The notes under the pieces are model-generated. The model saw only the letters and a program-made list of their open reading frames with translations, had not been told where the DNA came from and made no database searches. Below are positions 35,011-42,327 of a stretch of DNA of 42,327 nt, piece by piece. Source of the DNA: a virus (taxonomy: Duplodnaviria; Caudoviricetes); IMG/VR virus record IMGVR_UViG_3300032216_001508, positions 1 through 42,327 of that record, one strand, 5' to 3'. Position 1 is the stretch's first letter. Each line of letters begins with the position of its first letter. A program made the translations under genes and the position numbers.

Positions 35011-35634
35011 TTAATTACCCTCTTTCCATGGATTATAGTAAACAACATTATTTTCAGAATCCCATTCTATACCTTTTTGAGGTAAAAAATTTTTAAATAT
35101 TATTGGTTCTGGTTCTGGTTCTGGTAAAACTGGGTCTGGAACAAGTGGGTTTAATTTAAACCAAGTTTGACTTTCTTCATCCCAAAGCCAACCAGTCGGT
35201 GCTGGAATTGGTACTGGAGGAATCCACGCGTTGTCAATTAAAATCCAAGAAGGATAAGGTTGAGGAAAAATTAACCAAGAAAGAGTTGATTCATCCCATA
35301 TGGAAGAAGTGTTAATTGGTTTTGGTATTGGCGCAACCCATGTGTGTGTTGTTTTGTCTAAAACCCAAGAAGCAAAAGGAGAGGGTGTATAAAAAGCATC
35401 GGCTTCGTAATCATAAAAAAAACCAATACCAGCATAATTGTACCTTAATGCTTCTTCTCCATCTGGCAAAAGAGTTTCAGGGTCAAAATGTACATTTCCT
35501 CTTGTGTTGTAAGAGGTTTGTATCCAATCACCTTCAGTATTTTTTTTTAATTCTTCTATAGTTGTTGTATCATTATTGTTAATTTTAATTACATTAACAA
35601 CTTTATTATCTATAACATGTGCGTAGTGTGCCAT
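35011..35634 (-). CDS. Trp/Pro-rich phage protein, possibly fibre-associated
   Basis: MAHYA..; WIQTSYN; RYNYAGIG..YD...DAF; W..P.P.P repeats. Confidence 0.75.
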   Translation of the reverse strand: MAHYAHVIDNKVVNVIKINNNDTTTIEELKKNTEGDWIQTSYNTRGNVHFDPETLLPDGEEALRYNYAGIGFFYDYEADAFYTPSPFASWVLDKTTHTWVAPIPKPINTSSIWDESTLSWLIFPQPYPSWILIDNAWIPPVPIPAPTGWLWDEESQTWFKLNPLVPDPVLPEPEPEPIIFKNFLPQKGIEWDSENNVVYYNPWKEGN

Positions 35635-35636
35635 AA

Positions 35637-37220
35637 TTAAACTGTCCAAGTATATGTGTCTGTAAATGACCATTGATAAAATTTACTATTTACATTACCA
35701 TTTACAGTAGTAAGATAATCATTATAATAAGAAGCATCAGTCGGTGGAAAACCATAAGTCCAATAAGTGTCATTATGCGCAGCAGCACCAGCGGTTGGTT
35801 GATTTATATATACCGAAGAAGAGGGTCCTGCTCTGTCTGGAATTAAAAGAACCATTTTTCCAGAGGCTCCACTACCGCAACCGTTGTAGCCGCCACCACC
35901 GCCAGAGCCAAAACCACTTCCATTATAGCCGGTAGTCCCACCACCTCCTAATCCACCTGACCTACTGGCGGTATTGTTTTGGTCCATAGAGTACCCAGCC
36001 CCGCCGCCACCACCATAAACATTAAGTCCATTAGAATCATAACCAAATAAAAGATAATTAACAAAACCGTCGCCACCTTTTCCTGGTAGATTTGAAGTAG
36101 ATGAATAAACAGAATTTTTGTCAAAACTATCGATTGTTGTACCGCTTGAGCCAGTGCCACCGTTGGTGGAAGAAACATTTCCATTGCTGTCTTGACCAAG
36201 TCCTGTGTGTTGCCAGCCACCACCACCACCACCGGCGTAACCATAGGTAGTTTGTCTACCAGAACCTCCTGGTGCCCCTTGTGTCGTAATGCTTCCATAA
36301 TAAGTGGATGTAGCGCTTCCACCTGAAACAACTGTGTTAGTGGTTCCAACAAATGAACCACCGCCGCCGCCAGAACCACCGTTATTACCAGGACCAAAAG
36401 CACCGCCCCCGCCCCCGCCCGCAGCGGTGTAATTAGTTACAGTAGCCTGGGCCGTGTTATCATAAATGTAAGTGTTTCCACCGTTAAAACCGTTATTACC
36501 GTTTACCCCCGGACGTCCAGGGCCACCTGCACCTATATAAACTGTGTAACTATGACCTTTTATAAGTCTTAAATAAAGCGTTGTTTGAACGTCAGTACTG
36601 GCAGCACCCATGTTATAACTTCCTACACCACCACCGGCACCGCCACCTCCAATTGAAGCACCACCGCCACCGCCAATTGCCGCCCATTCACAATAAAAAT
36701 ACGTTACGGCATTAAATTGTGCATAAAGAGTTATTGATGAACTTGGTGTATATGTAGCATTAGCATTTCCAATTTTGTTTCCGCCGGAAGCAGCGTCGTA
36801 CCAACCCAAAAATTCATAACCAGTTTGTTTATTGCCCGCAAGTTGTGCGGAAGGCAAAGTGGTGGTTGCACCCGTTGAAACGGTAACGGGGCTTGAGCCA
36901 CCAGTACCACCATTGTTATTGTAGGTAACCGTGTAGTTAGCAACAGCCCATTGTGCGTAAAGAGTTTTAGGTTGAAGAACTAGGTATGTAGCACCGGCAT
37001 CAGCAACTTTGTTACCGCCGGAAGCAGAATCGTACCAGCCTGAAAAGTTGTAGCCAGATTGAGTGGGCGTAGGCATTGTTGCAAACGTTCCAAATCTTTG
37101 TACTACAGAAGTGGCGCCACCAGAACCGCCTTGGTAATTAAGACTAATACCAAGAAAGGCAGTAACAAGTCCACCTAAGTGTCTAATAGAACCACCGCCG
37201 AAAGTACTGACGAACGGCAT
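35637..37220 (-). CDS. InlB B-repeat plus glycine-rich domain protein (putative adhesin or fibre)
   Basis: Two GY.F.GWYD.ASGG.K...TLYAQ(W/F) repeats; many GGGGG motifs. Confidence 0.75.
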   Translation of the reverse strand: MPFVSTFGGGSIRHLGGLVTAFLGISLNYQGGSGGATSVVQRFGTFATMPTPTQSGYNFSGWYDSASGGNKVADAGATYLVLQPKTLYAQWAVANYTVTYNNNGGTGGSSPVTVSTGATTTLPSAQLAGNKQTGYEFLGWYDAASGGNKIGNANATYTPSSSITLYAQFNAVTYFYCEWAAIGGGGGASIGGGGAGGGVGSYNMGAASTDVQTTLYLRLIKGHSYTVYIGAGGPGRPGVNGNNGFNGGNTYIYDNTAQATVTNYTAAGGGGGGAFGPGNNGGSGGGGGSFVGTTNTVVSGGSATSTYYGSITTQGAPGGSGRQTTYGYAGGGGGGWQHTGLGQDSNGNVSSTNGGTGSSGTTIDSFDKNSVYSSTSNLPGKGGDGFVNYLLFGYDSNGLNVYGGGGGAGYSMDQNNTASRSGGLGGGGTTGYNGSGFGSGGGGGYNGCGSGASGKMVLLIPDRAGPSSSVYINQPTAGAAAHNDTYWTYGFPPTDASYYNDYLTTVNGNVNSKFYQWSFTDTYTWTV

Positions 37221-37221
37221 G

Positions 37222-39546
37222 TTAGTACTTCGTCAATCCTGCAAGCAATGTCCAGGTGCTAGAACCCGTACAGATAACCGTAAAGGAGTAAACATCGTAT
37301 TCCGAAGCGTCGGCTGATGAAAATGCAGAACCACCTTGATATCGGGTGGTGATTCCATTATTAGTTGCCGCATGTACCGGAAGAGCGGTTGAAGAAGCAC
37401 CGGCTTGGTTTCCGTTAATTGAAATGTTAAGAGGCAAATAAGCAGATGCACCATTGTTAACCATCATGGCAAATGTCACTGATTGATTAGTAGTTGTTGG
37501 CGCATTCGTAATTGCAACGGTGTATGAAGAAAGTGGGTTTGCCGTGTAAATGTAAAAAGACGATACCGTTGCGTCTAGTGTCGCGGCAAGAGAAACGCCA
37601 AGAGCAGTGTTAGATGTACTTGTTTTTTCAAACGGTGCAGTAAACAGTACGTTTGTAGTAGCGGCTGAGTAACCTTGTGTTCCTTGGTTTCCCTGCGTAC
37701 CTTGATTTCCCTGCGTGCCTTGGTTTCCTTGGAATCCTTGATTGCCTTGAGTTCCTTGCGCACCGGTAGTCCCCTGGAATCCTTGCGCACCCTGGGCACC
37801 TGTAGAGCCTTGGGCGCCGGTAGTACCCTGAGCACCTGTTGAACCTTGTGCGCCGGTACTTCCTTGGAAACCCTGGTTTCCTTGCGCACCGGTAGAACCA
37901 GTTGCTCCCTGAGGACCTGTGCTTCCTTGGCTACCCTGATAACCCTGTGCGCCTGTAGAACCTTGCGTTCCTTGATTACCCGTAGAACCCGTTGTGCCTT
38001 GCGTTCCTTGGTTGCCCTGTGTTCCTTGTGAACCTTGTGCGCCTGTTGTTCCTTGAAGTCCCTGTGAACCCTGCACACCAACGGCTCCGTCAAGGTTGAT
38101 AGTCCAAGAGGTAAATGTTCCTGTTCCAACAACGTCGCCGGGTACAGAAGCAACAGTAAAGTTTAGAGAACCCGTAACAGAGTTGTATGTATTGACAGTA
38201 GCAACAACATAATGTGTACTGTCATTAGCGATAACAACGCTTTGTCCTGGTGTCCAAGACAGTCCGGTGCCAGTTGTAATTGATTGTGTTCCTACGGCTA
38301 ATGCGTAAGAAGAAGAACTTGTAGAAGCGTATTTGTCGCTTTGACCTTGATAACCCTGATAACCCTGTGCACCCTGTGCGCCAGTTGAACCCTGCGCTCC
38401 GGTGTTTCCTTGAGCACCAGTTGCACCCTGGGCACCTGTAGAGCCTTGTGAACCTTGTGAGCCCGTGTTTCCCTGTGCACCTTGTGCGCCTGTCGCACCT
38501 TGATTTCCTTGAGCACCGGTTGAACCCTGTGTACCTTGTGCACCAGTTGCACCTAAGTACCCCTGGTAACCACGGTCACCTTGCGTTCCTTGAGGACCGT
38601 TTGCACCCGTAAGGCCTTGATAGCCTTGTGGGCCCTGCGAGCCTTGAGCACCAGTTGAACCCTGAGACCCTGTAACACCTTGTGTTCCCTGAAATCCCTG
38701 ATTGCCTTGTGCCCCAACAGGTCCTTGTGTACCCGTAAGACCTTGATAACCAGTTGAGCCTTGATAACCTTGCGGTCCTTGTGAACCGGTAGCGCCTTGT
38801 GAGCCTGTTGCGCCTTGTGAACCAGTAGAGCCCTGTGCTCCAGTTGAACCCTGCGCACCTGTGGCGCCTTGTGTACCTTGGTATCCTTGAACACCTGTCG
38901 CACCGTCAAGGTTGATTGTCCAAGAAGAAAAACTTCCGCTACCAGCAACTTCGGTAACGTCTGCAACTAATGCACCTGTACTTGAATTGTACGAAGTAAC
39001 AATTGCGTGCATGTGGTTTGTTTCGCTATTAGCAATAACAATATTTTGTGAAGCGGAGTAAGCAAGACCAGTTGCGACAGTAAGGCTCTTTGTGGCAATA
39101 GACATTGTGAGACTAGTAGTGCTTGTTGTTAGGTACTTGTCTCCAGGATTTCCCTGAACACCTTGCGTACCTTGTGGGCCTTGTGTTCCGTTGCCTTGAG
39201 CACCGGTATTAAGCCAAAGAATAGATGTGTCTGATGGTGGAGTTGCGCCAGTAAATACGCCCTCAACACCTTGATACCCTTGGTATCCTTGAGAGCCCTG
39301 AGAACCGGTATTACCCTGTGTTCCCTGTGGTCCGGTCTGTCCTTGAGTTCCCTGGTACCCCTGAGAACCTGTTGAACCCTGAGTACCCTGATTTCCAGTT
39401 GTACCCTGAGCACCTGTTGAACCCTGTGCGCCTTGATTACCTTGATAACCTTGTGGTCCTTGTGAACCAGTGGTACCTTGAAAACCTTGCGCACCAACAA
39501 CAGCATCAACCCAAGCGGAGCCATTCCAGTATTTTAACTGTGCCAT
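37222..39546 (-). CDS. Collagen-like fibre protein
   Basis: G-X-Y runs with two interrupting globular domains. Confidence 0.85.
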   Translation of the reverse strand: MAQLKYWNGSAWVDAVVGAQGFQGTTGSQGPQGYQGNQGAQGSTGAQGTTGNQGTQGSTGSQGYQGTQGQTGPQGTQGNTGSQGSQGYQGYQGVEGVFTGATPPSDTSILWLNTGAQGNGTQGPQGTQGVQGNPGDKYLTTSTTSLTMSIATKSLTVATGLAYSASQNIVIANSETNHMHAIVTSYNSSTGALVADVTEVAGSGSFSSWTINLDGATGVQGYQGTQGATGAQGSTGAQGSTGSQGATGSQGATGSQGPQGYQGSTGYQGLTGTQGPVGAQGNQGFQGTQGVTGSQGSTGAQGSQGPQGYQGLTGANGPQGTQGDRGYQGYLGATGAQGTQGSTGAQGNQGATGAQGAQGNTGSQGSQGSTGAQGATGAQGNTGAQGSTGAQGAQGYQGYQGQSDKYASTSSSSYALAVGTQSITTGTGLSWTPGQSVVIANDSTHYVVATVNTYNSVTGSLNFTVASVPGDVVGTGTFTSWTINLDGAVGVQGSQGLQGTTGAQGSQGTQGNQGTQGTTGSTGNQGTQGSTGAQGYQGSQGSTGPQGATGSTGAQGNQGFQGSTGAQGSTGAQGTTGAQGSTGAQGAQGFQGTTGAQGTQGNQGFQGNQGTQGNQGTQGNQGTQGYSAATTNVLFTAPFEKTSTSNTALGVSLAATLDATVSSFYIYTANPLSSYTVAITNAPTTTNQSVTFAMMVNNGASAYLPLNISINGNQAGASSTALPVHAATNNGITTRYQGGSAFSSADASEYDVYSFTVICTGSSTWTLLAGLTKY

Positions 39547-39598
39547 AATTTACCTTAGTTGGTAGCGAAATCTTACATTAATCATACTGCAAACCTGC

Positions 39599-39630
39599 GT
39601 GCCGCGGGCCTATTTAAAGACCCGCGGCAC
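39599..39630. terminator. Intergenic GC-rich hairpin
   Basis: GTGCCGCGGG...CCCGCGGCAC. Confidence 0.5.
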
Positions 39631-39647
39631 ACTAAAAGGTTTAGTTG

Positions 39648-41513
39648 TTACAGAGTTGTTGGAGTCCAAACACCACTGGTGAAGACAAGAACTTGTCCTT
39701 CAGTAGGGGCGGTTGCACTAACTGGGTATCCCTGTAGTTCTGTTGCGTTTGGTGGAGATGCGGTTGCGGTCTCGTCAAGCCAAAGGATGTTAGTGTCCAT
39801 TGGTGGAACGCCGTCATTTGACTCGTAGATACCTGGGTCACCGATGTTACCCTGTGAACCTTGCGTTCCGTCGTTACCTTGTGAACCCTGGTAACCTTGG
39901 AATCCTTGGTCGCCCTGGTATCCTTGATTTCCTTGGTATCCTTGTGTTCCCTGGTCACCTTGGTATCCCTGTGTACCCTGAGCACCAACTGAAGTAAACT
40001 TGTACCAGTTAGCCGTGTCGGTTACTGGGTTGGTCATTGCTCCTGTGACGCCGTTGCTGTCGGTGATGTATGTTGAGCCATCTGAACCAGTTACAACATC
40101 GTATGTGTTGTATGTAGCAGATGAGGACCAGTTACCTTGGTAAATAAATCCTTGTCCTTGGTAACCTTGGTAACCCATGTCACCTTGGTAACCCTGAGGT
40201 CCTTGGTCGCCCTGGTATCCTTGGTTTCCTTGGTCTCCCTGATAACCCTGGAATCCTCGGTTACCTTGGAAGCCTTGGTCACCTTGTGGGCCTTGGAAAC
40301 CCTGAGGACCGTCAGCACCTTGGTAACCTTGGTTTCCTTGGTCACCTTGGTAGCCCTGTGGACCTTGGTCACCCTGGAAGCCTTGTGCTCCTGTGTCTCC
40401 TTGGAAACCTTGTGCTCCTTGGTCGCCTTGAGCGCCTTGGTAACCCTGTGTTCCTTGAGGACCTACGGCACCGTCTAGGTTGACTGTCCATGATGAGCCG
40501 GAAGGTGAACCAATAATGTCAAGAGCACTAGCAATGTTAAAGTCAAGTACACCTGTGCCAGCGTTGTAGCCAGTTACGGTTGCAATTGCGTAGTTTGAAC
40601 CATCGTTGGCAACAACAATTGTTTGTGGCGGTGAGTAAGCAAGGTCTAGTCCAACAGTAAGTTGATTTGCACCAGTTGCAAGAGTTGCTGTTGATGTGCT
40701 TGATGTGCGGTATGTGTCAGCGTGGCCTTGGTATCCTTGAGGACCTTGGTCTCCTTGGAATCCCTGATTACCCTGGTCACCCTGGAAACCTTGATTACCT
40801 TGTGAACCTGTTTCACCTTGGTATCCTTGGTATCCACGGTTACCCTGTGAGCCCTGAACGCCATCTTGTCCTTGTGAACCTTGGTATCCCTGGTATCCAC
40901 GGTCACCTTGTGTACCTTGGTCACCCTGGAATCCTTGAGGACCTTGGTCGCCTTGGTTTCCTTGTGTACCTTGGTCACCCTGGTTTCCCTGGTTACCCAT
41001 TTGTGCAATGAGTGTCCAGTCAGCAGTGTAAGTGTTTGGTTCTTCGGCTATGTTTGTGTTGATAGCAACGTATGAAGAACCTAGGTATGAAACAACGTCA
41101 TTAGCGTAGTAAGTTACGTTTACAAGCCATTGACCCTGTGGAGTGAATCCTAGACCTTGGTAACCTTGATTACCTTGTAGTCCTTGGTCTCCTTGAAAAC
41201 CTTGATTACCTTGGTCACCCTGGAAACCTTGTGGTCCCTGGTCACCTTGAAAACCCTGAGGTCCGTCATTTCCTTGGTTGCCCTGGTAACCCTGTGCTCC
41301 TGTTGAACCTTGGCTTCCCTGATTACCAGTGTCACCTTTTTGTCCTTGAGGTCCTTGGTAACCCTGATTACCTTGATTTCCTTGTGAACCCTGTGTACCA
41401 GTTTCACCTTGTGTTCCTTGATTACCTTGGGGACCTTGGTCACCCTGGAAACCCTGAGCACCGACTACTGCGGTAACCCAAGCGGACCCATTCCAATACT
41501 TTAATTGTGCCAT
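39648..41513 (-). CDS. Collagen-like fibre protein with small carbohydrate-binding-like inserts
   Basis: GDQ/GYQ/GFQ runs; two G.W.....Y...DVV....S.Y modules. Confidence 0.85.
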   Translation of the reverse strand: MAQLKYWNGSAWVTAVVGAQGFQGDQGPQGNQGTQGETGTQGSQGNQGNQGYQGPQGQKGDTGNQGSQGSTGAQGYQGNQGNDGPQGFQGDQGPQGFQGDQGNQGFQGDQGLQGNQGYQGLGFTPQGQWLVNVTYYANDVVSYLGSSYVAINTNIAEEPNTYTADWTLIAQMGNQGNQGDQGTQGNQGDQGPQGFQGDQGTQGDRGYQGYQGSQGQDGVQGSQGNRGYQGYQGETGSQGNQGFQGDQGNQGFQGDQGPQGYQGHADTYRTSSTSTATLATGANQLTVGLDLAYSPPQTIVVANDGSNYAIATVTGYNAGTGVLDFNIASALDIIGSPSGSSWTVNLDGAVGPQGTQGYQGAQGDQGAQGFQGDTGAQGFQGDQGPQGYQGDQGNQGYQGADGPQGFQGPQGDQGFQGNRGFQGYQGDQGNQGYQGDQGPQGYQGDMGYQGYQGQGFIYQGNWSSSATYNTYDVVTGSDGSTYITDSNGVTGAMTNPVTDTANWYKFTSVGAQGTQGYQGDQGTQGYQGNQGYQGDQGFQGYQGSQGNDGTQGSQGNIGDPGIYESNDGVPPMDTNILWLDETATASPPNATELQGYPVSATAPTEGQVLVFTSGVWTPTTL

Positions 41514-41656
41514 GTAAAATTCCTTTGAAAGAGAGATGAAACAAACATTTTTGGCTATATGTTTGTGTTTTACTACTTGGGTTACTGCTATGAGAACTGC
41601 CGTTATTTTATCACAGGTTCTCAAAATGTCCAGTATTTAACTGGTTTTTGCTGTTA

Positions 41657-42327
41657 TTACAGCAGTTTTTCTATAACGATTGTTCCGTTGCCGGGGGTAA
41701 CCGTTTGAAGATATGTAATTCGGTAAACGTGACTATTTGTATTGTCAATAATTGTTACGTCTACGGTGTCGCCACCAGAGCCAATGGCATTGGAATTTCC
41801 AATGTTTGTCCATGTTCCAGCAGAAAGACTTGCGCCGGTGTTAGTTCCATTTCCAAAATGGCCACTAACGTTTTGTACATAAGACCAAAATACGCTAACC
41901 GTACCTGAGTAAGCACTTACTTGAGGCATGCTTGTGCTTGCATTTATTTGCGCAGTAATTGCTTCGTATCGAACAAGAGTGCCTTTTACAACGTTAAATG
42001 CCGTAGCGTTAATTGCGTAACCAGAACCGTTGTTACCTTGTGAGCCTTGAGCACCTTGAGAGCCGTTTGTTCCAGATGCTCCCTGTGCTCCTTGTGTTCC
42101 CGCATTTCCTTGTGAACCCTGTGAGCCAGTTGAACCTTGAAGTCCTTGAAGCCCCTGAGAACCTTGTGAGCCATTCGTACCATTTGCTCCATTAGCACCT
42201 TGTGCACCAACAGAACCTTGGTAACCTCGCGCTCCTTGAACACCTTGTGCTCCTTGGTAACCTTGTGGACCAGCATAACCAGGAACAGTTTCATCAAGCC
42301 AAAGAATATCTTCGTTGACCGGTGGAA
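41657..42327 (-). CDS. Collagen-like fibre protein, 5' end outside the window
   Basis: Frame from 42325 (PPVNEDILWLDET...G-X-Q) is open and in frame with track ORF 41657-41929. Confidence 0.85.
   Translation of the reverse strand, partial: PPVNEDILWLDETVPGYAGPQGYQGAQGVQGARGYQGSVGAQGANGANGTNGSQGSQGLQGLQGSTGSQGSQGNAGTQGAQGASGTNGSQGAQGSQGNNGSGYAINATAFNVVKGTLVRYEAITAQINASTSMPQVSAYSGTVSVFWSYVQNVSGHFGNGTNTGASLSAGTWTNIGNSNAIGSGGDTVDVTIIDNTNSHVYRITYLQTVTPGNGTIVIEKLL

Noticed and set aside
32166-39546. Diversity-generating retroelement acting on fibre C-termini
   Set aside because: No reverse transcriptase and no adenine-specific template/variable repeat pair seen in the window.
29876-42297. Many alternative-frame ORFs (KVLKVH-type and LVTLV-type) within the collagen and Cys-repeat genes
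   Set aside because: Expected by-products of stop-poor repetitive codons, with no independent evidence.

Overview
This 42.3-kb window is part of a tailed dsDNA phage genome, most likely infecting an actinobacterium (WhiB, Rpf-like transglycosylase, leaderless genes, actinobacterial-type SOS box). No capsid, portal, large terminase or integrase gene is visible. (1) 1-10.4 kb is an array of about 15 minus-strand expression cassettes, probably an early or host-takeover region. It encodes micro-proteins, DUF3846, ArdC, an ADP-ribosyltransferase-like protein, a MoxR AAA+/VWA pair and one ORF-less cassette. Each cassette is headed by the same composite element: an A/T-tract block, an alternating purine-pyrimidine palindrome ATCGCGC..GCGCGAT where -35 should be, an extended -10 box 10-12 bp downstream, and usually a 5' leader hairpin with covarying stems and an ANAAG-type loop. 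(2) 10.4-26.4 kb holds replication and recombination genes (initiator with internal iterons, DnaB-N/AAA helicase, SNF2, RecA, LexA-like HTH, YqaJ, ERF, SSB, HNH, WhiB, phosphoesterase) and a structured ~185-nt ncRNA candidate. (3) 26.4-42.3 kb is a fibre and surface cluster: four G-X-Q collagen-like proteins, an InlB-B/Gly-rich protein, a Cys-rich protein with beetle-antifreeze-like 12/13-aa repeats, and a sulfotransferase plus APS kinase. All family calls are by eye from motifs; no searches were run.
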